Below, piece by piece: positions 18,001 to 25,379 of a DNA stretch of 52,271 nt; position 1 is the first letter of the stretch, and each line of letters begins with the position of its first letter. This stretch comes from a virus (Duplodnaviria; Caudoviricetes): the IMG/VR virus record IMGVR_UViG_3300035070_002934, positions 1 to 52,271 of that record. The stretch is one strand, 5' to 3'. Under the pieces are notes generated by a model. The model was not told the DNA's origin and searched no databases. It was given only the letters and a program-made list of their open reading frames with translations. Made by a program: the position numbers and the translations under genes.

Positions 18001-19242
18001 AAGCAATTCGCCTTCCAATGGCGGCAACTCGGGCATAGTGTTTCTTGCTTCTGCCGGGTACGTTGCGTTTATTTCGTTTGGCACAATGGCAAGCGGGTTA
18101 TTCTGTACGGGTTGTACAGGCTCAAACGGTGGCGGCGTAAACTGCGGATTAGTCCTATCCATTGGGTGCCAGGCTTTTACCGCGCTCAATAATCCGCCTG
18201 CGCCTGCTGTAGCCTGGTCTAGTGAGTCACCACCATTTGCCCTGGTTTCTTCTTGGGCTTTTTGTATGTCGTCGATGGGGTTGGTTTCTGGCTTCTGTCT
18301 GAATGGTGCAGTAACTCCGGCAGACACACCACCCATTAATGCGCCAGCGGCGGCAGCATCGATAATTTCTTTCCAGTGCTCAGGCTGGAACATGCCCTGA
18401 TTATTATCTAGCCAATACTTCGCATGTTGTTCAACAATGGTTTGCAAACCTTCGGTAGAGCCTTCGGCCAGCATCTGCTTACCAACAAACTTCTTCACAC
18501 TTTCCGCTATCTGGTCGGTAGCTTCTCTGCCAACGCCTAATTTGTGAAGGATTCTCATCTGCGGTAAGGCATCTAACAGGCCAGCGACAGCACCATGAGC
18601 GAAGGCGTTGCCAGCCTTGTTCTCTCCTTCAATATCGGCTGTTTCGCCATAAATAGACCCCGTTTCCATCCCTGCGCTTGACCCATAAGCGCCAGCAAGA
18701 GCCCCCCTTGACGCCGCTTTAGCCAAGTGAGATGCGGCTGTTTTTTTGGCAATATCTAGTGAAACCCCTTTGGCAACCTCTGCGGCAATAATCTTCTCTG
18801 CGGCACTGGTTGCCAACTTCTTAGCGGCAATCGCACCAACGCCGCCAGACAACAAGCTAGCTGCAAGCATTGGCCCTTGCTCACCCGCGGTATATAACGC
18901 CCAATCAACCGCATCACCAAAGCCTTCGATGTCCGTAAAGCCTCGAACATTACCCGCATTTTCTTCGGCTTCCCTCATGTTGGCTTCGTAGCCTGAAAGC
19001 CCCCACTCCTTCAGTGACTCACTGCCAAGCGCATCACCGAAAGCGGAGACAAGGCCATAACTGATGCCTTGTAGGTGATCTACGCCAGCTTTAGCCCCCT
19101 TAGTTATCTGCCAAGATTCTTTTTTTGGTGCAGCTTGCGCTTCCTCTGGCGGCAAATAATCCGGGGCGCTCCCCACATCATACCAATCCTCATTTCTCTG
19201 TATGGTGTATTTGCTGATATCTTCAGGCTTAAAGAATGACAT
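6013..19242 (-). CDS. giant DarB-like polyvalent virion/ejection protein (ParB-like, N6-adenine MTase, SNF2/SF2 helicase, zincin-like peptidase, LPD38-like C-terminus)
   Basis: 4409 aa; GRHR, EPSVGSGNF and GNPPF, GAGKT/DEAH/TGTP/QREGR, HEGYGH motifs; last gene of the virion operon. Confidence 0.88.
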   Translation of the reverse strand: MSFFKPEDISKYTIQRNEDWYDVGSAPDYLPPEEAQAAPKKESWQITKGAKAGVDHLQGISYGLVSAFGDALGSESLKEWGLSGYEANMREAEENAGNVRGFTDIEGFGDAVDWALYTAGEQGPMLAASLLSGGVGAIAAKKLATSAAEKIIAAEVAKGVSLDIAKKTAASHLAKAASRGALAGAYGSSAGMETGSIYGETADIEGENKAGNAFAHGAVAGLLDALPQMRILHKLGVGREATDQIAESVKKFVGKQMLAEGSTEGLQTIVEQHAKYWLDNNQGMFQPEHWKEIIDAAAAGALMGGVSAGVTAPFRQKPETNPIDDIQKAQEETRANGGDSLDQATAGAGGLLSAVKAWHPMDRTNPQFTPPPFEPVQPVQNNPLAIVPNEINATYPAEARNTMPELPPLEGELLEKDPQLGIDRLRLDRPFIDGQQGDPELGGPDNWIGKEDKPLITRRNDRERLALPPPMEKAKVAKLDNESTDSGQSFDPKRKQARVNLDELTLSEDVPQFKSGASKDGVVEQLRGEYDEVGMAPIQVWVRKNGKKEILTGRHRFDLAKRSNQKDIPAQLHYEADGFTADHGKALDAILNIRDNQGSVKDYVEFFRSSGITEQESEKLGITSRQLGRRAYTIAKEGSDSLVTALRNDQITEAAAEAITRVAPKDEAYQAIGLKAIQDGKTQSVAVNMIRAAKTLKSKPDMTQEGDLFGFDDSAMKQAEAMAKAASSKQRQIKERIAAVKGAAKNPKLAKQEGVDVKDPESLKRRIAELTAEAERYEEWHKHPDLLREIQSEVSGQDFQLETQTEESLAQQEAEATKANQAEAEAKAQEEARIDADKEVDSFTLSGSDSAADIAMANGQTDIFADTPESKTESKGQQEDNSSTPFEMEARNEESKPKEPKVKPKPKPKSEKAYDPENSKISALLRANVEASSKKEIARDIAEITIKHGRRLTDSEISDLAAKHGTEERVIKEITNSPVGYDYIMMMSEIGNKHAIEFREAHRIRRAEGQKSESDQAKKPKDALQDAVIESDSPLYIEEISDKAILVKGDTRTHKDRIKAAGGKWHSRQQGWMFPKSRESSVRDKLADLLGKSDQATPKSDQAESQNTGLAEQMAAMSDDDLLALIDEVANESNPVDNTKPVKERKPSSKKEGGKRKLTPRKTKAEKLESAPSESDKERAAAEIAKSMGVNVSKAGMNAINGLAELFGGKGTLSSGLTFDEQTYEKAKPHFVSMLRDFQAAGKDLKDLIRAILDNFGVGVKPYIVRFAQDIRNGQLEESADDNQINTGNSEEQRGGSGEIREDGADGIGEGDKSPGSDGDGRNGSIDGIGSGESDSSERSNTNNPEAPGFSLENIEGIANGTDKQRVDANLAAIRLMKEIQSSGRYATTDEKNVLAKYVGWGGLSFVFDHTTKKKFAQEAHTELKALLTPTEYNNARSSTRTAFYTSKEIVKAMWQGVEAFGLGGSAMNVVEPSVGSGNFIGWQPSAMREKSKWSASELDTVTGNIAKLIYDDANIQVRGFQDTPFKSNVFSLAIGNPPFGSETITDERNPDISGLRIHNYMIAKSAKLLHEDGLMMMVVTHRFLDTLNENHRNLSSVVDFVGAVRLPNTAFKSNAGTEVTTDIVVFRKLKNGEKSSNTVWTDVNGNIDGIRINKYFESNPQNILGRLANDGTLRAGKEELTVHPTEEYGDIRSAVSIALKEMAKGYNLALTDEIKDSLAGEVLLSESSLPIGGMMLDADGKIQMRGDDTELGASIVEVTPSTPWTANGELLAELRDKLLNDETAFETAFRENLTNNGGALKSGYTSKPFKAIQAYSKREISKATLERELDSGIASSSLGDKYNKLKDLLAIRNTALSLIRAEKQDLGTIEQFRARLNKQYDAFAKTYGSKNKPASISASLNLLRDDISIESGLDSVDKKGNVKKHKIFSQRMMQPYKKPTKASDIHDAVNYSIREHGKVDIGYIAKLLGVSKLQARESLTKGNRPYLLKDPAIDELVFIDDYLSGNVKRKYHEAKDAGLVVNEKLLKSVLPKDKPVNKIKASVRASWMDAEVFEQFLQDVGIKAKVNVNRQLGTVRIATVNGSSNTEIGAQFKNDYKGIPELFEAAAAGKSLVIYTKDGNGNQVKHEEGTKQVNVLVNKMAQVFNTWASNNSSIMDRIAKNFNERVNTHIERKFNGRLYFTPVGQNPTIEMRKTQLDGALRMVQSKNVLLDHTVGAGKTFTSISGIMQRKRLGLSKKPMVVVPNHIIGAFTADFYELYPGANILTATEKQMKPAHRKQFFSRIATGDYDAVIIGHSHLRYLPNSLDSFAAVVNEKISELRAALEEAKSQAKESGRRGSSTKQIEDSISSMVDKIEKKKKAIESSHDAIGFDFSDLGVDYLVVDEAHEFKNLTYSTSSDRVVGMNDPKGSEKALDLLTKTRVVQGLDNGGVTFMTGTPISNSLVEVYTMMYYLGYDVLKDGSISHYDAFAGSFLNTETALEYTPTGSVKERVVLKGLSNMQELSVKYRQFADVITRADMVNIFAEDTAEKNEKNKTNDSTAFPIPKVKGGQRRLDLAPATETQREYNDYLIARMSAIEAIKGRQERKEYASIDNPLWVLSDARKASLDIRLVDPASRRDPTGKVARAAKNIKRIYDQWQNDKGAQLVFSDMGTPAKYAKGSVKKELKALASMAMSDAAATKLVNERIAFYDEDAYSKVLQDIVSRIEKAQQSGDIDASQEEALQDMISSLESSVLTADTGFSVYDDLKASLMEAGVPENEIAFIHDYDSVDKKKALFDQVNSGDVRVLIGSSAKMGAGTNAQKRLVALHHMDAPWRPSDMEQREGRIIRQGNDLYTRDPEGFEVEIVAYATQGSSDPVMWQILERKAAAIEQFRSGGLDEYVDDEGGDADSYAEFKASSTGNPIYKHKLQSDARLVEAQTDYYAASSSRSGAERVIENHDEYLARLYARKEAADKFSVTEFDMQSLDAAVSEQNKKFEKELSAFETAFESYEALSDEAKKGAKKPVRPIRPKIHAITHDYTKLLNERVVVPAMEAINAKVNSWSGSIALGENSSLEVDVSRNAFYSDKDKTVYDIEITYLHGRTPIYSYEKPAMATFIGSEDLLNKLNPLVAERAKSSVISETLQAIEAEKNAYAEAKKVVSKSAHKEKDRLEEERSFNDWLAVEVEVADAKEDQRRSTQANKYIERERKRNVKSSGKSKREDSIELMFEGETYKTLGMKVKNGNLFYDVYPSRNINSGEYVHVYAEKDKQANIEVKGVRHKPDGVELQDISFLESSTLFSINPKITAARKGAAITSAKANEIIDRITASWSKGRDNIVLVESFDDLPSAIKSQAKEYGAGRNEINGVFHEGKIYLVRENLMSALEVEEAIFHEGYGHYGIRKLLGENVGRELMRLFYAIGGARGFNEIAQKNGIDLKAYAEGLAKQPTEAKIQIMMDELLAHLAQSNKPGIKRAFKELIGKIRQFLRDRGFLKLADVDTNELLLVLKNARLAVEGKGPKNYSNNSEVIFNVGDGDERNTRTNSKASDKRLSENYVDYTDIPLMDVDDSGPMFSLRSAKTDEALNKFGLGAKRKAKLSEAINKVVAAENEKSLWSMFKHRAYEGMFDGLIGIDRAEKAVGVSGAENRGYIGARLATGIADVMHAILHYGAPKWKDGALQYKEGTQGLLDILGKAGKDLHSYLAWVGAHRAEELMAQGRENNLTQADIDDLKSRAKGKEALFKEIHREYKKLNKAMLDMAQESGLISAESRAKWESDWYIPFYREIEDEAGNVSLLAPRTSKGLSHQTSGIKQLKGGGQATNDLLENILANWMKLADASMKNSALVKTVDNLAGSDYLEEVAGENSVDFVGKKSDKNIIRIQRDGKPEYYKVNDPALLRAITHLSHPGFHDPVTKVGRYMKRLLTTGITSSPDFILRNFIRDAAHAWAINPDGFKLGVDSIKGLKDALREDPDYRELMFAGASFQGGYVHGTDPEASAQIIRRALEKKGLSPRALHAYESSLLDTPAKGLDAIKQGWQKYRELGDKVENANRLATYKAAKKSGKSILQAAFESKDLMDYSLRGNFAMMQYMIDLVPFMNARLQGMSKLVRAAHENPKRVLVEAGFKLALFSFALAMLNDDDERYQELPDWDKDANWHFWLGDDHYRLPKPFEIGIVFGTIPERLTHTLTGTQDAEKLLWSIKHNLWETMAINPTPQFAMPIIESVANRKFFFDQPIEGMSDEGKIESARYDENTSMTMRVLGEWTGYSPKKLEHLLNGYLGTMGMYALGIADMFADYATGRADKPEWKLEDLPVIKALYRGDTNKSTQYTTDVFDRWSEIDQVFRTINSFKKEGRTEEAEELRADNLEKLRYRRQLGKARNQLGDIRKQMDQLSRNRIITAEAKREKMDGLIEKRNAIAKKYAELTDEVF

Positions 19243-19249
19243 AGTTTAC

Positions 19250-20356
19250 CTATTTGGATTTGCCAAGGATTTGGGTGATTAACTCTTGCGCTTGCTGAAC
19301 TGAAATCTTATGCCGCTTCGCCATTTCTTCGGCATAGTAAGGGATTTGCCTTTGGTCAATAGACCCGCCAACAGATTGAATATCTCGCTCAATAGCTGCG
19401 GCTGCATTTGTAATAGAAGTTCGATTTGCGGCCTTATCAGCGCCTTTTGCTGTCATGCCTTGCTCGGCGCTTGGTTGTCTGTTTGATACCGCATATTGAG
19501 GCGCAAAAGATGGGTTAGTATTCTCTGAGAGCATTTGTAACAAGCCCTTTTCTTTCGGCTTGTTATCACTCAATATTGGCTGTGCTTGATCACTTCTCGC
19601 TCGACCAGACGACAATCTAGCTCGGAGCAAGTCTGCGGAACCCGACCCAAAGATTGTGTCAGCATCCGACAGGGCGGAATCTAAATCCTTCCCGCTAAGG
19701 CTAGATAGATTATAATCTTTAATTAACTGATCAACTTTCCCAGGGTCGAGACTGGTACTGGTTCTCTGCTTTCCTCCAGTCAGAAGGTTTAACTCATTAA
19801 TTAGCTGTCTCTTCTGGTCTTTGACGCGATTCATTTCTGAAATTTCTTTCTCAGACATTTGAATTGGATTGCCACTTTCATCAGTGCCAGACATGCGCTT
19901 GGTGAAGTACATATCCATATCGTGAAGCTCTTTCAGTCTTGACTCTATGGTTTGCCTTCGGTGCAAACTATCCTCGCCATCTCCACCCTTTCCTGTGCGC
20001 CTCAGATCCGTCAACGAACCATCCTTACCACGCTGAAATGCTGGCACTCCAGTCCCGTTCTCAACAAGGTTCCCACTGTCATCAATGTACAGGTCTGTCT
20101 TTTGGTCGCGCTGATCCAACGCCCACTGCCTGTCATTCTTGGTTCGTTCTCGCGCCTGCGCATCTTGCTTATCAGCAATGGCCTCATTGTTAGAGAATCG
20201 TGTGGCCTCAAGCTCTTGCGCCTGTCCAAACTTCTGATCATTCAGTGCCGCTTCTCTGGCCGCTGCCGCCTCTTTTCTGATTCTGTCGCCGATACCCTGT
20301 CCAACATTCGCCGCCGCGCCAAGGCCCATCTGTGCAAGCATTCCACTCATTCCCAT
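19250..20356 (-). CDS. putative internal virion/ejection protein
   Basis: Gly/Ala-rich N-terminus, coiled coil; position before the giant gene. Confidence 0.55.
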   Translation of the reverse strand: MGMSGMLAQMGLGAAANVGQGIGDRIRKEAAAAREAALNDQKFGQAQELEATRFSNNEAIADKQDAQARERTKNDRQWALDQRDQKTDLYIDDSGNLVENGTGVPAFQRGKDGSLTDLRRTGKGGDGEDSLHRRQTIESRLKELHDMDMYFTKRMSGTDESGNPIQMSEKEISEMNRVKDQKRQLINELNLLTGGKQRTSTSLDPGKVDQLIKDYNLSSLSGKDLDSALSDADTIFGSGSADLLRARLSSGRARSDQAQPILSDNKPKEKGLLQMLSENTNPSFAPQYAVSNRQPSAEQGMTAKGADKAANRTSITNAAAAIERDIQSVGGSIDQRQIPYYAEEMAKRHKISVQQAQELITQILGKSK

Positions 20357-20931
20357 TATCTCACCCCTTGCGGCATTTGCTGTTGTGCATTATTTTGCAT
20401 TGGCTGTTGCTGCGCCTGGCCTTGTGACGGTTGCTGCTGTGCGCCCCCCGCCGCTTTTGATTCCATTTGCTCCAGTAGATCCAGCAATTGCGCGTACTGC
20501 TCCCGGTCGGAGGGTGTTAACGCCTCTTCTCCGGCCTCTTGAGCAAATAGGGTAACGCCATTATAAAAGGCGTCCTCGGTCATTTGCTTTTCGTTTTCTT
20601 TTGTCAATACGCCTTGCTTTTGCCCAAGCTCTGACATGGCTCTTGCCACTTCCATTCCTGCTTGAAACAAAACTTTTGGAGGGATTTTCTTGCCTGCCAA
20701 TGTCGCACTTTGGGCGCTCATTACCATGAGCCTGCCAAGCATGTTTGCCATGCCTGCCGCCGGATCTTGAGTGCTAAGATTGGTTTGCAACGCCTGCATG
20801 CCTGGCTTGGAGTACAGATAAGTGAGGGCTTGCCCGGCAACAACGTCATATTGCTCCTGAGTGCCTTCTACTGTTTTCGTTTGTGGTTGCTGTGGTTGCG
20901 GTGGTCGGCCGCCTGAAAGAATGCCTTGCAT
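20356..20931 (-). CDS. putative virion-associated protein
   Basis: Translationally coupled; Q-rich termini. Confidence 0.55.
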   Translation of the reverse strand: MQGILSGGRPPQPQQPQTKTVEGTQEQYDVVAGQALTYLYSKPGMQALQTNLSTQDPAAGMANMLGRLMVMSAQSATLAGKKIPPKVLFQAGMEVARAMSELGQKQGVLTKENEKQMTEDAFYNGVTLFAQEAGEEALTPSDREQYAQLLDLLEQMESKAAGGAQQQPSQGQAQQQPMQNNAQQQMPQGVR

Positions 20932-20958
20932 AGATAACGCCTTCTATTTTGCTTGCTA

Positions 20959-22062
20959 TTAGCTGGTACGAGAGGCAATGGGAGCGTCCCTATTATACCC
21001 GATTAGCGATGGTGTTGAAGAAAAGTGTTGAGAGGGTGATTTTGCCGGCTGCGGAGCGCTTGGCGACCTCATGGCCGCTGACGCCTTGGCTCTTGATGAG
21101 CCAGAAACTTGGCCACCGGAATTCTTTTCATTACCCTCTGTCGATGGTTGGTTAGGGTTGGCCATATCTCGGTTGCGGTACATCTCCATCATGGTTGGCG
21201 CTGCAATACCCAGTGGTGGAGCCACCATTCCAAGGCCAAATCCTATAGCGCTTTCCATTGTGGTTGGCTCTGCCATTTGCTCACCAAGAGCAAAGCCGTC
21301 CTCTGAATAGGTATGTCTTGCGTCTTCCGGCTTCATGGTCTCCATGCCAAGATTTGATGCCAGCATGCCGCCAAGTTTGGCAACACCTGGAATTGCACCC
21401 AGAGCGCTTGCCGCTTTTGTAATTCCTCCCGACAAAATGCCGCCAATAGTATTTTTGGCCCGCTCATGAGTCATCCCGGCTCGAATGCCGTTCAACGTAT
21501 CCTTCTCAGTCGGGTTTAGCGTCCCTTGCTGCTCTTTGTGCGCAAGCGTTCTGCCGTAGGAATCGTCTTTGTGCGCCAGCGCTGCCCTTGCTCTGGCTCT
21601 CGCGGTATGATCAATACCGGTTATCCCTGCCTTTTGCAGATCCCCATCATTGAGTCCTCCGGGGCCGGTCTCTGATAGTCCTCGATTATTGATATTCCCG
21701 TGCGGATTCATTCCTTCTGGACCAGCTATCCCGACATCGTTCAGGTCTTTCTCTGAAAATCCATAGTCGGCGCGGAATCCGCCAAATCCGCCAGTGTCTC
21801 TGTCGCCGTTATCGGCGCTGTCGCCAGTGGGTGAATTCTTGCCACCAACATCTGCCTGGCCGCCCCGACCCTGTTGGGCGGATTGATTGCTTCCAGCGCC
21901 AGACGAACCGCGACCACCCCCGGATCTGCCGCCGCCATCGCCTACGCCGGAACCGCCGCCATGAGCACCACCATCACCGCGATCATTGCCAAGGCCGCCA
22001 CCCATGCCAATAGAATGAATAGCGCCTTTCGATATAAGGCGCTCAAGCATATTGAAACGCAT
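20959..22062 (-). CDS. Gly-rich putative internal virion protein
   Basis: Low-complexity Gly-rich N-half, hydrophobic Gly/Ala segments; probable start MRFN. Confidence 0.55.
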   Translation of the reverse strand: MRFNMLERLISKGAIHSIGMGGGLGNDRGDGGAHGGGSGVGDGGGRSGGGRGSSGAGSNQSAQQGRGGQADVGGKNSPTGDSADNGDRDTGGFGGFRADYGFSEKDLNDVGIAGPEGMNPHGNINNRGLSETGPGGLNDGDLQKAGITGIDHTARARARAALAHKDDSYGRTLAHKEQQGTLNPTEKDTLNGIRAGMTHERAKNTIGGILSGGITKAASALGAIPGVAKLGGMLASNLGMETMKPEDARHTYSEDGFALGEQMAEPTTMESAIGFGLGMVAPPLGIAAPTMMEMYRNRDMANPNQPSTEGNEKNSGGQVSGSSRAKASAAMRSPSAPQPAKSPSQHFSSTPSLIGYNRDAPIASRTS

Positions 22063-22066
22063 TATT

Positions 22067-22471
22067 TCACGCCCCTTGCTTCTTGGTGAGTGATCCATTC
22101 GTGAGCAATCCATTCGTCAATGATCCATAAGAACCCATGCCGGGGCTGCCACCCACAAAGTAACGCCTATCCTCCCTGTCTTCGCGCCTGTCTAGCGCTT
22201 TCATGTATTGTTCGTTTGCGTCTTTCTGCACCATATAATTAAGTCCGGCAGACGCGCCACCAGCCAGCATATTTGCAGCCCATTCGTTATTGTCGATGTA
22301 ATTAAATGCACTGGTAAATCCGCTACTTACCGTGTCAACGATAGGTGAAAACCAGCTGGAAGAGCTTGCCGCATCCCCGATATAACCATAATCCGGCTCA
22401 AATTCGAACGTCTGCGTAAGAGCGTCCGCCGACGAGCTGGCTGCATCCCCGATAAAATCAAGTATCCCCAT
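22067..22471 (-). CDS. putative ejection protein
   Basis: ORF within the operon; GGASAG segment. Confidence 0.5.
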   Translation of the reverse strand: MGILDFIGDAASSSADALTQTFEFEPDYGYIGDAASSSSWFSPIVDTVSSGFTSAFNYIDNNEWAANMLAGGASAGLNYMVQKDANEQYMKALDRREDREDRRYFVGGSPGMGSYGSLTNGLLTNGSLTKKQGA

Positions 22472-22473
22472 AA

Positions 22474-23796
22474 TTACACCCCTACCGACGGAAACTCGGC
22501 TTGATTAAAATTATAGTTCCACATAGGTTGCGCCTCATAAACAGAGTTGAGAAAAACAAGATCAGCCTCGCGCATCCCAGTAACTTTTCGTGCGCCTGGC
22601 TGTTCTGTGTCGTACTGCTTTCCATTTTCGTCTACCCAGTAGCCATTAATTTTGTTAATGGCGGCCTGACCGGGAGAAACGCCGGTCTTTTCGTCAACCG
22701 CCCCCCACATGGAAGCGTTGGTCATGATGTCAGTAATTTTGGTGCTGTAACGATCAGTAATGATTCCTGCATCGGTTAGGTACTTCCCCTGAAGGTTATG
22801 GGCAACATTTCTATCGACCACCCCTGCGTCTACCGCCTCTTTCATCTTGGCGGTGACAATCTCGTGATCCCGCGCCCGCTCTGCTTCCCACACCTTCAAA
22901 TCCGCCGCAACTTTGTCCGCCGCCGCTGTATTCGCATACCCGGCATTGGCTACGCTAACGGTTGTTTGCTGAATTGCGTTCTCCCTGGCCGCGTTATTTG
23001 CCGCGTTCGCCGCAAATTCTGATTGTCGGTTTTCGGCATTCAGATAGTCCTGCCAAAATTGATTTTCCCGCTCAGCGTTGGCCCTGCTTACTTGTGTCTG
23101 ATTATTTGCATTGGCAACATTCACGTTCGTCTGATTATTGGCATTGCTGATGCTTACGTTGGTCTTGTTGGTCGCATTGGTTCGCCTGGCAGTATTCTCT
23201 TCGGCGATGTGCGTTAATGCTCGCTCGTTATAAGTGCCCGCATCCTGCGAGGCTATGGGCATTGCCCGGTCAATGGCTGCCCCATGCGCCGCGCCTGCTG
23301 CCATGGTGGTATTTAATAGCCCTCTGGCATTGGCTTGCTGAAGCCCTTCTGTTTTTGCCCGCTTAATGTAGTCACTGTTCCCATCAAGCAACTTTTGTAG
23401 GTGATAACTGGTCAGATCCTCTTTTGCTACCGCCTGTTTGTATGCCTCGTATTCATGAGCCTGCGCCATGGCTGCCGCCGCCGTTGCTGCCTTGGCTTTT
23501 GCTACGTCCGCCGGGTTCATTTTTGTCGTGGTATAGCCTGTTGAGCCATATTCGGTTACTGTGGCATTCGTTGGCGTGTACCCGGTATTCGGCTTGAGTA
23601 GTCCGCTTTTTGTGTCTGTCGCGGTATTTCTTGGTGGCTGCTCCGGGGTTGGTGCACTCAATAACGGCTGTTGTGTTGTGCTGGTTGAAGTCGTTGCTGA
23701 TCCCGCTTGTCCGGCCTTTGGTGCTAGTGCCGACCAGTCGCCCTTACTCCACTCATCTGGCAGTGCAAAGTTTGCTGATACATTTGTTAGAGCCAT
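22474..23796 (-). CDS. putative DNA-transfer/ejection protein
   Basis: ANARGLLNTTMAAGAA..A.PIASQDA motif and Asn/Ala heptad repeats typical of podovirus internal proteins. Confidence 0.6.
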   Translation of the reverse strand: MALTNVSANFALPDEWSKGDWSALAPKAGQAGSATTSTSTTQQPLLSAPTPEQPPRNTATDTKSGLLKPNTGYTPTNATVTEYGSTGYTTTKMNPADVAKAKAATAAAAMAQAHEYEAYKQAVAKEDLTSYHLQKLLDGNSDYIKRAKTEGLQQANARGLLNTTMAAGAAHGAAIDRAMPIASQDAGTYNERALTHIAEENTARRTNATNKTNVSISNANNQTNVNVANANNQTQVSRANAERENQFWQDYLNAENRQSEFAANAANNAARENAIQQTTVSVANAGYANTAAADKVAADLKVWEAERARDHEIVTAKMKEAVDAGVVDRNVAHNLQGKYLTDAGIITDRYSTKITDIMTNASMWGAVDEKTGVSPGQAAINKINGYWVDENGKQYDTEQPGARKVTGMREADLVFLNSVYEAQPMWNYNFNQAEFPSVGV

Positions 23797-23799
23797 ATC

Positions 23800-24249
23800 T
23801 TAAACCCATCCTGTTGTTACATCGTAAGCCTCGATGTCGGCATACTCGGTCAGTGCGTTGATTGCTTCATAATGCGCCTTCTCAGCGGTAAAACAGGCTT
23901 GCACATGGTTGGCTACCGCCTTGGATAATGCGCTTGCCGTGGCGTAGTCGATGGTTACAAAGGTGCTGCCAGCCTTGAAGTCGATTGCGCTTGGGTAGTC
24001 GGTGTCCGTCTGCGCCAAGGTCAACACGGTTAACACGGAGTTAATCGCCGCCTGGTCTTCTTTGTCCGTGCCAACGGTTGCGCCGCCGAAGGATACACCG
24101 CCTTGCTCGTATTGCTTGCGTAGGGCGGTGACTTCGTTCAGTCGGGCTTGACGTAATTCGTCAATCGTCGGGGTGCTCTCTGCGATAATTGCGGCAACCT
24201 CACCTTCAGTCAGCTCCACACGTACACCGTTCACTAATCTAGTAGCCAT
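23800..24249 (-). CDS. DUF4376-like tail fibre-associated protein
   Basis: 'HVQACF.AE..H..AI...DVTTGW' C-terminus; follows the fibre gene. Confidence 0.7.
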   Translation of the reverse strand: MATRLVNGVRVELTEGEVAAIIAESTPTIDELRQARLNEVTALRKQYEQGGVSFGGATVGTDKEDQAAINSVLTVLTLAQTDTDYPSAIDFKAGSTFVTIDYATASALSKAVANHVQACFTAEKAHYEAINALTEYADIEAYDVTTGWV

Positions 24250-25379
24250 TATTTAACCCCGTATAGCTTCATCGTCCCTGTCAGCATAGTGCCTGAACCT
24301 GGGTATATTCTTATTGCGTCCACATCAGCCAAGGCCAGGCGGCAACCCATCCCGTGCGCAAAGTTATGTAGCCCGCTATCTCGGTTGGCGAACATGCTGT
24401 ATTTCACGACTGTCTCGCCTGACTCCGCTGGCGCAAACACCTCGATAGTTCCGTTTGTCCCGCTCTTAGCCGTACCAGACAACCAGATAGATGCACCTCC
24501 GACATTTCCCTTATTCCTGAACGTCAGCGTCGTGTCGTCGTCGTCGGCCTCAGTGGTTACAAATGCGTAATCGCTCGCCCCGGCATCGAAGGTGCTGCCA
24601 CCATTCGTGGAGGTACGCATGTACATCGAAACCACCGCCGATGTTGTGACATTCAGAATATCGACGATGTATTTTGTGTACCCGCTGGGGAGAACAAAAT
24701 CTACCGACGAATCCGAAGACACCACTGCGGTACTCAGTAGTTCCGCATACACCGTTAAGGTTTCCCATGATTTATTCACGCCGTCCGTGTACAACCATTT
24801 CCCGCCCTCGCCTGCGACGGGTGGAATATTCAAGGTGTCGGCAGCATCTTCAGCTAACCCCTGTGCAACAATTGCGGCATCCCTTGCGTCTTCTGCTAGA
24901 CCTTGTGCGGTTTCGGCGGCCCCTTGTGCGGTGACGGCTGCATTCTTCGCATTTACTGCGGTATTTACTGCGCCCTGCATAACGCTCGTAATCTGGAATT
25001 TTGTGCCATCGTAAACGGCAGTGATCATCGCCCCGGCAACGACATCGCCGGATTGCAACACCGATCCATCTGTATTAACCAGCGACTTAGCGCCAAGGCC
25101 ATTTACATTTATTGTGCTGGATGTGGTGTTGGCATTAGCGGCCTTAAATTGAATGGTGTAGCCATCATAAAGCGACAATGGAACCTGTGGCATCGTCACC
25201 ACGTAAGCATTCGCCGCCCCGGTATCAACGGCATAGTTAAGCTGCCCTGATTTTAGTTGCGCCTCTGTTGGTAGCTTGTCTAGCCCGGTAACAATCGCTT
25301 GAAATTCTGCCGCTACATCCTCGGCATTGGCTGTTGTGCCGCCAATAAGGGTGTCGCCATAGGTATAAAATTCATTCAC
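24249..25379 (-). CDS. tail fibre protein
   Basis: 'ANTTSSTINVNGLGAK' fibre motif, Ala-rich heptads, C-terminal GTMKLYG. Confidence 0.75.
   Translation of the reverse strand: MNEFYTYGDTLIGGTTANAEDVAAEFQAIVTGLDKLPTEAQLKSGQLNYAVDTGAANAYVVTMPQVPLSLYDGYTIQFKAANANTTSSTINVNGLGAKSLVNTDGSVLQSGDVVAGAMITAVYDGTKFQITSVMQGAVNTAVNAKNAAVTAQGAAETAQGLAEDARDAAIVAQGLAEDAADTLNIPPVAGEGGKWLYTDGVNKSWETLTVYAELLSTAVVSSDSSVDFVLPSGYTKYIVDILNVTTSAVVSMYMRTSTNGGSTFDAGASDYAFVTTEADDDDTTLTFRNKGNVGGASIWLSGTAKSGTNGTIEVFAPAESGETVVKYSMFANRDSGLHNFAHGMGCRLALADVDAIRIYPGSGTMLTGTMKLYGVK

Noticed and set aside
6285-18991. Many short ORFs overlapping the giant gene
   Set aside because: Shadow frames of a long coding sequence with no recognisable motifs
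24249-25379. Diversity-generating retroelement or invertible segment at the tail fibre
   Set aside because: No reverse transcriptase, template/variable repeat pair or invertase was seen
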